Of a stretch of 64,000 nucleotides of DNA, positions 35,088 through 45,969 are shown piece after piece. How positions within the stretch are numbered: position 1 is the stretch's first letter; each line of letters opens with the position of its first letter. Location: positions 1 through 64,000 of IMG/VR virus record IMGVR_UViG_3300025133_000077; one strand, written 5' to 3'. The notes under the pieces are model-generated. The model did no database searches, was not told the DNA's origin, and saw only the letters and a list, made by a program, of their open reading frames with translations. The position numbers and the translations under genes are program-made. The DNA is from a virus.

Positions 35088-38000
35088 GGGTTCATCCGGG
35101 TGTAGCGGCAGCCGAGCGTGGCGCCGCGGAACCGGAACCGGGTGAAGTCACTCCAGTTCGGGGAGCTGCCGGAGTCGTGGTTCGGGATTCCCCACCGAGT
35201 CGCTCCGGGGAAGGCGTAGTCCCCGGCGACACCGATCCCGTCCAAGAACTGATACTCCGTGATGGACCCGACACCCCAGCACTTGATCACCAGGCTGTAC
35301 GAGTACTGCCTACGGTCGACCTGCAGGAGCCGCTCGTTCTTGGGGGTTCCGAAGGGGTCCGTCAAGTCGATCTTCGTCAGCAAGAAGGCGTCGTCGTTGT
35401 AGAAGTCCCCTCCCGTGAGGATGCTGCAGTCGGTGTGGAGCGAGTTGATCGTGGAGATGGACTGAGGGTCGGGCTGCGCCGGGAGCGGCACCCCCTCGAG
35501 GTCCACTACCTCCTGGTGAATCAGCTCGCCGAAGCCTCCCCCGAATGCCTGCCAGGACACCACCTCCGTGGCAGCCACCGTGTTGCCGCGTGGGTCCTGG
35601 GGCAGGTTCTCTGTGGGAAGCACCGACTGGCGCCACACCTCGATGAGGAAGCCCTCGCGCGCGATGCCCGTGCCCTGCAGCCCCGGGTCGCTCTCGCAGT
35701 CCACGTCCCGGAACACGCACCACGTCGGGACGTGGCTGCCGTCGTCCTTGGTCTTCATGACGATGGGGTTGATGGCGGGGAAGATGCTGGTGACGACGCT
35801 GAGGGTGGAGAGGATCGACCCGTGTGGCGGGTCAAGAGGGACCACGTGGCCCACCATGCCCCCTCGCCGACCTGCATCCAGGGTCTTGTGGCCCAGGGTC
35901 CCTCCTCCCACGGACACCGGCGGAGCGAACTTGCCGCCCAAGAAGATGAAGGCAGCGTCGTTGCGTCCACGGAACCAGTAGTTCGCGGGAGACATCATGT
36001 CGATGAACTCTTCGTTCTCGTCCTTGCGGATCCACGACACCGTAGGTGGGTCAGCGTACCCGTGGTCGTCCGTTCCCACCGCGCCGTACGCCCGCATGTC
36101 GCCGTACCCGATGCCTCCGTACGGCCCGGCGTTCCCCGGGCCGTAGCTCTTCCAGTCCAGCGCCTCGGTATGCAGCTCGAACCCAGACGCAACGGTCGCG
36201 CCGGTCGTGACCAGGTGGCCTGCGACGGCTGACCTCTGCATGTTCTCGACCGCGGCCTGGAAGACGTAGAGGTCGAGGCTGGACGCTGCTTCGGGAGGCA
36301 GCGTGTCTCCGAGCGCGAGGCGCAAGATGACCGGAGAGCCCGACTCCAGCGCGTCAGCTGTGTCCTCGCGGAGGTCGAAGCCCATCTCCGCGCTGTTGAA
36401 CGTCAGCTGGACCGCCTGCTCGTCCTCGGGGTCGAAGGTCATCGTGAAGCTCTTCTCCACGCTGATCAGGTTGCCTCCGATCCCATCGACGAGGGCGACA
36501 CGAATCGTCTTGTTCTGCCCCGTGGCCTGCGGCCCCGCAGCCAAATGCTTGAGCCGCAGCGTCACCTTGTAGCTGTAGTGGTGCTTGAACGTGTGCTGCC
36601 CCGTCTTGACGTAGGCGAACAGGTCCTCGGGATTGAAGGGGTTGCCTCCGTCCAAGGCCACATCCCACCGGATGTGGATCCCTCCCGATGTCTCCCCGTC
36701 GAAGGACTCGTCGAAGCGGGTGTCGATGTTGTACTTGACCGGCCCCGATACTCGAAAGGCCCACTCCCCGCTCTCGAAGTTCGTGAGGGCAGTGGCCGCC
36801 CCCCCGTCGCCCAACGGCTCCGCCAGGGGGTGCCACGCCTCATTGGCGATGGGGTGCCGGGAGGTGCCCAGCTGCAAACCCAGGCTCCAGGACCCGGGGT
36901 TCGCGTTGATGATCCCTGCCCCGTTGGCGTAGTCGCGGCGGGCCGCTGGAATGGTGCTGTCGAGCGACAACGATGTGACGCCGGCGATGGCCCCCAGGTC
37001 GAACGCGGCCACCTTGCCGGCCTCGATGCGGCGCGTGCCGAGCATGGCAAAGCTCTCGAGGTCGACGTTGGCGAAGTGCCATCGGCTGCCGAGGATCGAC
37101 GCCTTGTTCTCCCCGATGTCCGTCGGAAGAGTCACCCCCTCCTTGAGGACTTCCACCCAGTAGCGAGGGTTCTCCCCCTCGGGGATGTAGACGTTGATGA
37201 TCGTGTAGACGCCGTCGTACTGATCGTCCACGGCATCGAGCTTCATCTGCTGCCCGATGTAGGCGGCCGGGTCCTCTGTGATCTTCCTCTCGCTGGCATC
37301 CCCGTCCCACACCAGGAAGCCGCTGCTCCTGGCGGAGCGGCTCTTGGTGGGGTCTGGCGGGAACAGGAGCACCGAGAACGACGCCGAGTCGTGCTTGGGC
37401 GGAAGGACCTGTCCCGGCTGGCCCAGCCGGGCGAGCTTCATCGTCCCGTCGACGGCCGTCGTGTGGTACCGCGTGGCGTCCACCGCGATCGGGGAGTTCG
37501 AGAAGCGCGACCCCATCGGCAGCTCGGTGTAGATGCCGCCGTACATGTTGTGGAGGTTGCCGCCCTCCGACCAGAAGCTGCGCGGATCCCACTGGTACAG
37601 GGCGCCCAGGAACTCGCCGGCGCCGCTCTGCATCATGGACCACTGGTCCTCGCGCGCGATCACAGCCGTCGCCTTGCCGTCGACGAAGGTGAGGTCGTCG
37701 GGACTCGGAGGGGTCGAGTGCACGCCGCCGTTCTGCCAGCCCACCGCCACCAGCGCGGAGTCCGTCCCCTGCTGGGCCAGGTACAGGGCGGTGCCCCGCA
37801 TCAAGGGGTCCTGGGCCGAGCCGTCCATGGAGTAGGTGTCGGCCAGGAAGGCCCCTGCCCAGCCGCCACGCTCCAGAGCCGTCGCAGGGTTGTTGCCTTC
37901 GGGGCTGAGGTCGTCCCCCTCCTGGGCGCCGGAGTGCCAGCTCTCGAGGCCGTTGGCCGGCATGTACGAGGAGAGGTAGGCCGCGGAGCCGACGGCCGCG

Positions 38001-40600
38001 TCGCCACGCTTGTAGGCGACGAAGTCGGAGTCGTTGATGTAGGCGAAGAAGCCGTGGGAGTTCCCGCGCCAGTCCACCCCGAGCACGCCCATCTGCGTGA
38101 TGGTCCCGTTCACCGTGTCCTGCAGCTCGATCGCATCCTCGAAGAAGGTGTGGCCGACGCGGGAGAAGTCGTTGCCGCTCCGGTGCAGGAAGAAGCCCTG
38201 GGTCTGGTTGTAGATGTGGCCGCGCCCGCCGTCGGCAGCCGACGGCGTGAACACGGGGCGAGAGCCGTCGAAGTTCATCAGCCGGAGCGACTGGGTCGCC
38301 CCATCGATGTCGGTGACCAGGTACCAGCCGTCGTTGTTCTCGGTGTCCGTCAAGCGGATCATCGACTGGGAGTAGCTGGGGGCGACTCCGGCCAAGGCTC
38401 GGATGTTGGAGGTCCCGCCCGGCGCGAAGTTGACGTGCACGAAGCCGTCGGCAGCGTCGACGGCGGAGAACTCCACCACGAAGTGCCGCAGCTCCTCGGG
38501 CTCAGCGGGATCGGTGTGCGTGGTCGCTTCGCGCACCGCCAGCATGTGGTGGCCGTACGCCCGGCCGGCGACTCGATCCTCCTCGTGCACGTAGCCCAGG
38601 CGGCCGTAGCTGTCGCTCTGGAGGACGTGGGTGCTCATGGCCGCGGGGAAGCCGTCGAACCGCCCGGACACGACCTTGTAGCCGTAGTCGCCTCCCGAGG
38701 GGACCGTGGGGTTCCACTCGCCCGGCTCGACGACCACGTGCTCCATGTCGAGGTAGTCGATGATCACGAACGCGGCACGAAGACGCAACGCCCCCGACAC
38801 CTTGCTGACGATCAGGATCTGGCGGCCCACGTCGTCGATCGTGAACTTGGCGCCGTCTGCGTAGACGATGTTGCCGGCCAGGATGGTGGCGCCGGTACCG
38901 GACTGGGTCTCTTCGGTGTGCGCCGAGGGAACCGCGGGGGTGCGGTTGTTCCACTCCGGGGCATTCCAGTTCACCTCGACGAAGAAGCCTCCGCCTCCTC
39001 CCAGGCCCTGGCCGTCGTAGGCACCCTGCAGGGTGGTCCGGCGATGCAGGAACTCCATCGAGATGAGCGGCTTCCCGGTGCCGTCGAGGGGCCCAGAGTA
39101 GACGAAGGGGTTGCCCGGGATCGCGTGGGCGAAGGGTGCCTCGGTGAAGTCGTCGGTCGAGTCGACCAACGGCCCCTTCATCTCCTGGATGACCTGCTGG
39201 ACCAGAGAGTCCACTTCCTCCGATGTGGAGACCGCGAGCTTCAGCAGGTAGTCCGTCGGCAGGGTGCGCAGCTGGTAGCCGCCACCCACCACGAGGCGGA
39301 AGCTCTTGCCGGCCGGGATGGGCGGGTCGAAGGACAGCCACACGTCGGTGGCGAACTCGCTGTTGGAGAAGACCTCGACGTTGCCGAGGACGCCGGCAGC
39401 ATCGTTGAGCTCGCCTCGGTCCTCGGGTACCGCTCCTCGGAGGAGGAGCATCTCGTCGGAGTAGACCGACTCGACCTGGTACGTGCCGTCGTGGTTGAAG
39501 GGCACGTCGACGCCGGCCCCGCTGACCTCCACGCGGTCGTAGACATCCACGCCATCGGCCTGGAAGGTCGCGCCGGTGGAGCGGATCGCGGTGTTGTACG
39601 CCACGGCCGAGATGGCGACGGAGCCCGTCTTCGGGAAGCTGACCCCAAGCAGGTTGCCTCCGTCCATCGGCACCCACGCTGCCACGTCGGGCACCGGGCC
39701 CGCGGGAGGGGTGACTTCGTCGATGAAGGTGGGGGCGGCCACGACTCGCTGCCCGCGCGTCACCGCGGCGACCCGGACGGTCTTCGGGCCCACCATCATC
39801 TCGGCGAGGGTGCCCTCCTCGACGACGGCGAAGTACTGCGAGATCTGCCGCAGAGTGGAGAGCTTCGACAGCCCCTTGCCCAGGTAGATGCGGTCGGACA
39901 GCCCGGAGTCGATCGCACTGATGCCTCCCAGGTTGACCTGCGCCACGTCTCCGCCGGACAGCACGACCCTCGCGGCCCACGGTGCTGCCGTCGGGTCGAT
40001 GTTGTCGATGACCATCGGCAGCGCGATGAGCCGGTCCAGGTTGGCCGCGAGGTAGTCCGCGTTGTAGGCCAGGGCGTCGACGGCGCGGTTCAAGACCCCG
40101 GCGGTGACGTCCTCTCCGCCGGTGGCGTAGTGGGTGCCAGCGGGATTGAGCTCGTTGAGTCCTGCCGGGGAGTAGGAGCGGTCTCCTCCGTCGGACGTCG
40201 CCAGGGGATCCGGGTGCAGGGCGAAGCCGATGGAAGGGGCTGCGTCGGCAGGCAGGCCCACGACCGGCTCCACGCGCAGCTGGGCTCCGTCACCTGTCCC
40301 GTGTCCGGTGATGACGAGGAAGCCGCCTTCGTCCGAGGCGGTGGCGTCGATGAGCCCGGTGACGGGCGCGTTGAGCGCGGTGACGACGTCGTTGATGACG
40401 TTGGAGGCCAGGTTCACCGTGCGCAGGGTGGCGACGCCACCGATGGTGACGCGCACCGACAGGCGAGCGGGGACAGCGAAGCTGAACGCGAGCGTGGCGT
40501 CGTCCCGTCGGTTCTCGCTGCGCAGGGAAGGAGGTCCCTGCACCAACGAGTCGGTGTTCCCTCGGAGGAAGGGGCGTCGGAGGAAGCGGAAGTCGCTCAT
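35084..40600 (-). CDS. Large virion structural protein (tail fibre/baseplate-associated, 1838 aa)
   Basis: Beta-rich and Gly/Asp-rich; GEDVTAGVLNRAVDALAYN and TLQGAYD segments resemble fibre attachment modules; lies in the baseplate operon. Confidence 0.6.
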   Translation of the reverse strand: MSDFRFLRRPFLRGNTDSLVQGPPSLRSENRRDDATLAFSFAVPARLSVRVTIGGVATLRTVNLASNVINDVVTALNAPVTGLIDATASDEGGFLVITGHGTGDGAQLRVEPVVGLPADAAPSIGFALHPDPLATSDGGDRSYSPAGLNELNPAGTHYATGGEDVTAGVLNRAVDALAYNADYLAANLDRLIALPMVIDNIDPTAAPWAARVVLSGGDVAQVNLGGISAIDSGLSDRIYLGKGLSKLSTLRQISQYFAVVEEGTLAEMMVGPKTVRVAAVTRGQRVVAAPTFIDEVTPPAGPVPDVAAWVPMDGGNLLGVSFPKTGSVAISAVAYNTAIRSTGATFQADGVDVYDRVEVSGAGVDVPFNHDGTYQVESVYSDEMLLLRGAVPEDRGELNDAAGVLGNVEVFSNSEFATDVWLSFDPPIPAGKSFRLVVGGGYQLRTLPTDYLLKLAVSTSEEVDSLVQQVIQEMKGPLVDSTDDFTEAPFAHAIPGNPFVYSGPLDGTGKPLISMEFLHRRTTLQGAYDGQGLGGGGGFFVEVNWNAPEWNNRTPAVPSAHTEETQSGTGATILAGNIVYADGAKFTIDDVGRQILIVSKVSGALRLRAAFVIIDYLDMEHVVVEPGEWNPTVPSGGDYGYKVVSGRFDGFPAAMSTHVLQSDSYGRLGYVHEEDRVAGRAYGHHMLAVREATTHTDPAEPEELRHFVVEFSAVDAADGFVHVNFAPGGTSNIRALAGVAPSYSQSMIRLTDTENNDGWYLVTDIDGATQSLRLMNFDGSRPVFTPSAADGGRGHIYNQTQGFFLHRSGNDFSRVGHTFFEDAIELQDTVNGTITQMGVLGVDWRGNSHGFFAYINDSDFVAYKRGDAAVGSAAYLSSYMPANGLESWHSGAQEGDDLSPEGNNPATALERGGWAGAFLADTYSMDGSAQDPLMRGTALYLAQQGTDSALVAVGWQNGGVHSTPPSPDDLTFVDGKATAVIAREDQWSMMQSGAGEFLGALYQWDPRSFWSEGGNLHNMYGGIYTELPMGSRFSNSPIAVDATRYHTTAVDGTMKLARLGQPGQVLPPKHDSASFSVLLFPPDPTKSRSARSSGFLVWDGDASERKITEDPAAYIGQQMKLDAVDDQYDGVYTIINVYIPEGENPRYWVEVLKEGVTLPTDIGENKASILGSRWHFANVDLESFAMLGTRRIEAGKVAAFDLGAIAGVTSLSLDSTIPAARRDYANGAGIINANPGSWSLGLQLGTSRHPIANEAWHPLAEPLGDGGAATALTNFESGEWAFRVSGPVKYNIDTRFDESFDGETSGGIHIRWDVALDGGNPFNPEDLFAYVKTGQHTFKHHYSYKVTLRLKHLAAGPQATGQNKTIRVALVDGIGGNLISVEKSFTMTFDPEDEQAVQLTFNSAEMGFDLREDTADALESGSPVILRLALGDTLPPEAASSLDLYVFQAAVENMQRSAVAGHLVTTGATVASGFELHTEALDWKSYGPGNAGPYGGIGYGDMRAYGAVGTDDHGYADPPTVSWIRKDENEEFIDMMSPANYWFRGRNDAAFIFLGGKFAPPVSVGGGTLGHKTLDAGRRGGMVGHVVPLDPPHGSILSTLSVVTSIFPAINPIVMKTKDDGSHVPTWCVFRDVDCESDPGLQGTGIAREGFLIEVWRQSVLPTENLPQDPRGNTVAATEVVSWQAFGGGFGELIHQEVVDLEGVPLPAQPDPQSISTINSLHTDCSILTGGDFYNDDAFLLTKIDLTDPFGTPKNERLLQVDRRQYSYSLVIKCWGVGSITEYQFLDGIGVAGDYAFPGATRWGIPNHDSGSSPNWSDFTRFRFRGATLGCRYTRMNP

Positions 40601-41260
40601 CTACACGACCCTCAGCTCGTAGATGACCTCGAGCGTGCGGTTCAGGTTCTTGGTGAAGGGGTCGAAGGGCTTGTAGCCGACCGGCGCCTGGATGGAGGCC
40701 GTGGCGTGATCGGTCGGGCGGCCCACTGCGTTGTTGTTCGCGGGGTCGCCGTCGGTGAAGCAGCCGAACTCCGTCAGGGTGACGGGCCCGCCCATGCTGA
40801 GCTCGTTCTCCGCGTACTCGCGCTTGAGCTGGACCGCGGTACGCGCGGTGCCGAGGGAGGCGGACGGGAAGGTCGCGGGGACCTGGGCAGGGGCCAGGAA
40901 CTCACCAGCGCGGTACTCCACGGGAGCGACCAGCCGAGACACCTCTGCGACCTCGGGGGTCGCCCCGGTACCGAAGCCGAAGTAGCGCAGCGCGTCGTCG
41001 CGGTGCTTGGCTCTCGCGGGGACCAGGGCAGCGAGGGTGATCGTCTCGACGATGAACTCGCGCCCGGTCAGCGTCCAGATGTTGTGGCCCTCGCGACGGG
41101 TCACCAGCTTGCCGCGTTCGCGGAGCTCCATCTTGAGGAAGCCGCCGATGCGGGGGCCGTCTTCGCCGCCCCCGCCGCCCGAGCCTCCACGGAAGCCGCG
41201 CCGGCCGCCGAAGAAGATGCGGTCCAGAATCGCCGCCTTCTCGCCGAACTTGAAGTCCAT
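40601..41260 (-). CDS. Tail-collar/fibre-attachment-like structural protein
   Basis: HNIWTLTGRE...FGFGTG...LTEFGCF...KPFDPFTK..LEVIYEL pattern. Confidence 0.55.
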   Translation of the reverse strand: MDFKFGEKAAILDRIFFGGRRGFRGGSGGGGGEDGPRIGGFLKMELRERGKLVTRREGHNIWTLTGREFIVETITLAALVPARAKHRDDALRYFGFGTGATPEVAEVSRLVAPVEYRAGEFLAPAQVPATFPSASLGTARTAVQLKREYAENELSMGGPVTLTEFGCFTDGDPANNNAVGRPTDHATASIQAPVGYKPFDPFTKNLNRTLEVIYELRVV

Positions 41261-41262
41261 GT

Positions 41263-44200
41263 CTACCTCTTGACTCGCAGGATCCTACCAGTTGTCGCCC
41301 CCAGGGGCAGACTCCTCGTGAGCGTGAGCGTGCCCGCCGACACCTCTGCGATCACGTAGTTGCCCGGGGAGACGGAGAAGGTCTCCAGCTCATCCCCAGG
41401 CCGCACACCCAGAAGACCGAAGTCCACTCCGAGCAGGGAGACTACCTGATCCCCCGCACCCACCACGTTGAAGTCCGCCGAGTCCCTCAGGACGCGAGCG
41501 TTCTCCAGGCCGGCGCCCTGGAGATGAGCTGCCACCCCGAGGGAGACACCTGCCACAGAGTCCAGCAGGTACACCCCGCTGTCCACCCCTCCTTCAACCT
41601 GGAGGAAGTCCGTGGGGACTGCGCCGGCGGGAGGAGCGGTGGCGGTGAAGACGCTGCCTGTCGAGCTGACCTGGAACCCGGAAGCAACCACTGAACGAGG
41701 CCGGTAGAGGGCCAGGACCAGCTCGGTCTGCGGGAAGAAGTCGAGGACCTGGTTGGCGAGCATGCCGTCGAACTCGGAGAGCTCGGCGCGGGTGATGGTC
41801 GCGTTGGCCGGCTTCCCCGCGGCGCTGGGTGGGGCGGGGCGGACGTAGACGTCGGTGTCGGACAGCACGTCGACGACCTGGTACGTGCCCTTGCCGGCCT
41901 CCCCGAGCACCTTCAGCTCGTCGCCGAAGCGCAGCATCTTCAGGTCGAGGTCGGCTCCGGCCATGACGACGACGTTCGTGCCGTCGGTGATCGCCTGCGC
42001 CTCCACCAAGGGATTGGTCTCGAGCACGGGTCGCCGGATCTCGTAAGACACCGACGCCCCTCCCAGCGGAGGAGCCGGCTCCACCACCAGTTGGAACCAG
42101 GGGTAGAGGCCGGGGCCGGGGTTGAGGACCTCCCGGATGTGGTACACGCCTCGGCCCGTGGCGCTGGTGATGATCAGCCGGTCGTCGACGGACACACCCT
42201 CGGTGAAGAGGCACTTCCCCGAGAGGTCCTGCACCACGTTGGGCGCAGAGGGGTGTCCTCCGTCCAGCGTGAGCGTGGTCCCCGTCGTGATGGGGTTCCG
42301 GGCGGGCCGGAAGACGAAGAAGGACTGCTCCGTCCCGGCCTGCACTCCCAGGAGTGCAGGGGAGGGGACGTCGTACTGCGACTGCGCCGTCACCTCGATC
42401 GCGGTGTCCGACGGGACGGAGTCCACGAGGAACCACCCCTTGTTGGGTCCCTCGAAGATCCGGAGCAGGTCCCCGGGCCTGACCAACGGGGAGCCGTGCT
42501 GCACCGTCACCACGTCGTACCCGACGTACGGAGCAACGGTCAGTGGGTCGATGAAGCCGCCCCGGGCCGACGTGAAGGTGAGCGGCCCCGCTCCTCCCGC
42601 CGGCGTCTCCAGGTCCCTGCCCATGAAGAGCATCCTGGAGTTCATGGGGCCGATGTTCACGTGCTGCAGGATCAGGCCCGAGCCGTTCGTCGAGTCCGCG
42701 GCGGCCAGGGCCTCGATGCGGCCGAAGGGGTCGTCGATGAGGCGGGAGCGCACGGCGAAGTAGAGACCGTCCTCGATCGTCACCTCGTCGACGAGCGGCT
42801 TGACCATCACCACGTCCACGTCGGTCCAGGCCGGGTCCATCGCCCGGGCGAACTGCTCCACCAAGTCCATGTCCGAGGAGTCGGTGACGTCGACGTTGGC
42901 CCTCAGCGTCCAGGTGTGGAACTTCCTCAGCTCTGCGGCGGTGTCCCCCTGCAGGAACTTCCCCATCCACCAGCCGGGGGTCTCGACGTAGTCGGTGGTG
43001 ATCACGCCCTTGGCCAGGGACGCGAACCGCTCCACGGTGTCGCCCACTGCGTAGGGGCGCCCGGTCACCGGGTTCGTCTCCAGGCCGGAGTAGTCGGTGA
43101 GCGTCTCGTTGGTGAGGGGCTTGTAGAAGTAGAGCCGCACCACCCCCGCGGGCTCGCCCTCCTGGGTCAGATCCTCGACGAGAAGGCGGCCAAGCTCCGC
43201 AACGCCGTCGGCGTCGACGCGGTAGTCGTCCTTCACGTCCCGGATGATCCCCCGCACGTCAGCCAGGGGGAGCCCCAACAGGACCTGGGCGCCCAGGCGC
43301 AGGTTGCTGAGGAGCGGTCCGGTGGCCCAGGCGTACATCAGGGCCAGGACGGCCTCGCGGTACGTGGTGGAGGAGGTCTCCTGGTCGGAGAGCTGCTCGC
43401 GGGTGAGGGAGACGAGGGTGCCGAAGTTGTTCTCGATCGCCTCGGAGTTGTCGACGAAGGTGGTCTCGGCCCACAGCCTCTCGGGCGCGGGACTGGTCGG
43501 GCCGTAGGTGCCAGGGACGAAGCGGAGGTACTTGTCCGGCAGCCGGCGGATCAGGGTGTAGGCGAGGCCGGTGCCCGTGACCGAGAAGACTGCCCCGGTC
43601 GTCACCCGGACGGCCTGGAGCTGCGTCTCGGAGAGGGCCTGGAGCACGACGTAGTTCTCGTCCAAGACCTCGAGGAGGTCGCCCACCTCGACCCCGCGAC
43701 TGAGGAACATGCCCGTCGCCGAGGTGAAGATCTCCGACCCCGCGCTGATGGCCCCGTCCGTGCCGAAGAGATCCCCCTCTCCCTCGATCACGTAGTCCCG
43801 GTTCTCCACGAGGTCCGCGGGGTCCCGCGGGATGGTGGTCCTCGCGCCGTCTCGAGTCAGGATGTCGAAGGTGCCGTCGTCGCCCTCGATCGCGAACGTC
43901 TTGCCCACGTACTCCTGCAAGCAGGGCACGGACACAACGTCCTCGTCAACGGGGAGGAGGGTGTTGCGCGACAGGTACTGCGCCGAGATCCGGAAGGAGA
44001 ACCCGGCCACGGTGAAGACGGTGTCCTTCGTGTGGGGCAGGTTGTTGTACCGGGCCCGGAAGGCGAGGCTGCTCAACGCGGTGTCGACGGCGAGAGCTTC
44101 TCCCTCCAGGAGGGGATCCCCCATCGCGTCGTAGGAGGCGCCGGGGATCCCCAAGGCCAGGGCGAGGTCCACCTTCTCCTTGGTCGTCAGCCCCGTGGGG

Positions 44201-45969
44201 CCTCCCGGAATCACGGGCTGGGTTCCGACGACGACGCCGGCTCGCCCTGAGGCCGCTCCGACGATCGTGCAGGGCACCTCTGCGGAGCGCCCCGAAGAGA
44301 TGTTCTCCACCCGCAGAGCGAGAACGTCCCCTGCCCGTGCCCCGAGGTCCTCGAGGTCGGTGTTCGGGGTGTACAGCGTGGCGGGAAGACGCCACGCCAC
44401 TCCGGAGACCCCTGTGACGAGGGAGGGCTCGTCCACCACCGCCAGGCTCACTGGGCCGGGGCCCAGCGGGGCCTCGAGCTGCGCGGAGTCGTTGCGGACC
44501 CTGCGCAGAGCGTAGGCGCGGTCGTTGAGGACCAGGACCCGGCCTTCGGCCGTGGCGATGGGCGGGAGCCGGAACGTCACCCCTTCCTGGGGGAAGGTGC
44601 CGGCGAATCGACCGGCGATCAGGTACCCGTCGCCGGCTCCGTTCAGTCCGCTGATGACGTACTGCCCCGAGGTCTGTGCCCCGAAGACTCCGATGGACCT
44701 GCCCACGGCAGCGGGCCACGCGAACTGCTCCCCGACCACGATCTCCCTGGGACTCCGAATCGTGGCGAGGCCCTCCTGCTCCTGTCCGTCCAAGAGCGTG
44801 AAGTCGCCCTCCGCGGAGGGCACCCACACGACGTCCGTGTACGGGCTCGCCACCGCGGCCTCGACCAGCCCGCTGACGACGTTGTGCAGCGTGTAGGTGT
44901 CCGTCCTCGTCGAGGACATCTCCCGGTCCAGCTGCAGCGACAGAGGAGTGGGGGTCCCTACGGCGGCGATGAGGTAGTCCCCTGCGTTCGGGCCGGAGGG
45001 GACCCTCAGCACGTCGCCGGCGTCCAGGCCGGCGATGAGGGTGAAGTTCGTCGCCGGCGTCGTGACTACGTCGCTGCCCTCCACCGAGGACAGGTCCAGT
45101 CCCGTGCCCAGCTGCTCCCCGGCCACGTCGGGGAAGGGCGTGGTCCGCGACATCAGGTAGGACATCCTGTGCCCGGTGACCGCGTAGATGGTGTAGCTGC
45201 CCAGGTTGGCGCCGGCGCTGGTCAGGAGCTCCAGGGTCTTGCCGACTGCGTCCGCCTTCACTGCCCCGGCAGTGACCACGAACTCTCTGTCCGAGAGCAG
45301 GTAGCCCGACAGCGGCTCGCCCACGGTGCCCGTGGTCGCGGAGGTGCCGTCCGCTTCCCCTCCAAAGAGGAAGGTGTACTCCTCGTCCACCAGGGGGATG
45401 CGGGGCAGGTACTGCTCCCACCGGCGCTGCCGAGACTCGAGGATGGTGTGGATCGACTTGTCGTAGTCGGCCTGAAGCGCGTCCAGCAGAACCGCCGCAC
45501 CCTGCTGCTGGAACCCAGACCACACGATGGGCAGCACTTCGCTGTCCGCCATGTGCTGCAGGAAGTCGTTGATCACCCTGAAGAAGAAGCGGCCGTCCGG
45601 CTGGATGTCCGAGCAGAGCGGGACCTGCACCACCTGCACGTTGACCGTGGCCTGGGAGAGAGAGCTGGAGTACTGCCCGTCGTTGACGACCAGCCCCACC
45701 ACGTAGGTGCCGGTGATGTCGGGAGCGAAGCCGACCGCCGAGCCGTCGGGAGCCAGCTCCTCGAAGGAGCTGGCGCCGAGGGCGCTGCCGATGGGGACTT
45801 CGACGAAGGACCAGGTGTAGCTGAGCGGATCCCCCTCGGGATCAGAGCTGCCGCGCCCGTCCAGACGGACGACTGCGCCGACCATGCTCCTCTGCTCCGC
45901 CGGGTACACCCGTGCCGTAGGGGCTTGGTTCCCTGGCTGCATCCCGACGTTGAAGAACTGGTCGACCAC
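41263..45969 (-). CDS. Baseplate wedge-like protein with N-terminal PKD domain (1568 aa)
   Basis: VRLDGRGSSDPEGDPLSYTWS...GTYVVGLVVNDG (PKD); NNFG...YREAVLAL...GP..NLRLG...LGLP and ...PAWT (wedge-like). Confidence 0.65.
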   Translation of the reverse strand: MVDQFFNVGMQPGNQAPTARVYPAEQRSMVGAVVRLDGRGSSDPEGDPLSYTWSFVEVPIGSALGASSFEELAPDGSAVGFAPDITGTYVVGLVVNDGQYSSSLSQATVNVQVVQVPLCSDIQPDGRFFFRVINDFLQHMADSEVLPIVWSGFQQQGAAVLLDALQADYDKSIHTILESRQRRWEQYLPRIPLVDEEYTFLFGGEADGTSATTGTVGEPLSGYLLSDREFVVTAGAVKADAVGKTLELLTSAGANLGSYTIYAVTGHRMSYLMSRTTPFPDVAGEQLGTGLDLSSVEGSDVVTTPATNFTLIAGLDAGDVLRVPSGPNAGDYLIAAVGTPTPLSLQLDREMSSTRTDTYTLHNVVSGLVEAAVASPYTDVVWVPSAEGDFTLLDGQEQEGLATIRSPREIVVGEQFAWPAAVGRSIGVFGAQTSGQYVISGLNGAGDGYLIAGRFAGTFPQEGVTFRLPPIATAEGRVLVLNDRAYALRRVRNDSAQLEAPLGPGPVSLAVVDEPSLVTGVSGVAWRLPATLYTPNTDLEDLGARAGDVLALRVENISSGRSAEVPCTIVGAASGRAGVVVGTQPVIPGGPTGLTTKEKVDLALALGIPGASYDAMGDPLLEGEALAVDTALSSLAFRARYNNLPHTKDTVFTVAGFSFRISAQYLSRNTLLPVDEDVVSVPCLQEYVGKTFAIEGDDGTFDILTRDGARTTIPRDPADLVENRDYVIEGEGDLFGTDGAISAGSEIFTSATGMFLSRGVEVGDLLEVLDENYVVLQALSETQLQAVRVTTGAVFSVTGTGLAYTLIRRLPDKYLRFVPGTYGPTSPAPERLWAETTFVDNSEAIENNFGTLVSLTREQLSDQETSSTTYREAVLALMYAWATGPLLSNLRLGAQVLLGLPLADVRGIIRDVKDDYRVDADGVAELGRLLVEDLTQEGEPAGVVRLYFYKPLTNETLTDYSGLETNPVTGRPYAVGDTVERFASLAKGVITTDYVETPGWWMGKFLQGDTAAELRKFHTWTLRANVDVTDSSDMDLVEQFARAMDPAWTDVDVVMVKPLVDEVTIEDGLYFAVRSRLIDDPFGRIEALAAADSTNGSGLILQHVNIGPMNSRMLFMGRDLETPAGGAGPLTFTSARGGFIDPLTVAPYVGYDVVTVQHGSPLVRPGDLLRIFEGPNKGWFLVDSVPSDTAIEVTAQSQYDVPSPALLGVQAGTEQSFFVFRPARNPITTGTTLTLDGGHPSAPNVVQDLSGKCLFTEGVSVDDRLIITSATGRGVYHIREVLNPGPGLYPWFQLVVEPAPPLGGASVSYEIRRPVLETNPLVEAQAITDGTNVVVMAGADLDLKMLRFGDELKVLGEAGKGTYQVVDVLSDTDVYVRPAPPSAAGKPANATITRAELSEFDGMLANQVLDFFPQTELVLALYRPRSVVASGFQVSSTGSVFTATAPPAGAVPTDFLQVEGGVDSGVYLLDSVAGVSLGVAAHLQGAGLENARVLRDSADFNVVGAGDQVVSLLGVDFGLLGVRPGDELETFSVSPGNYVIAEVSAGTLTLTRSLPLGATTGRILRVKR

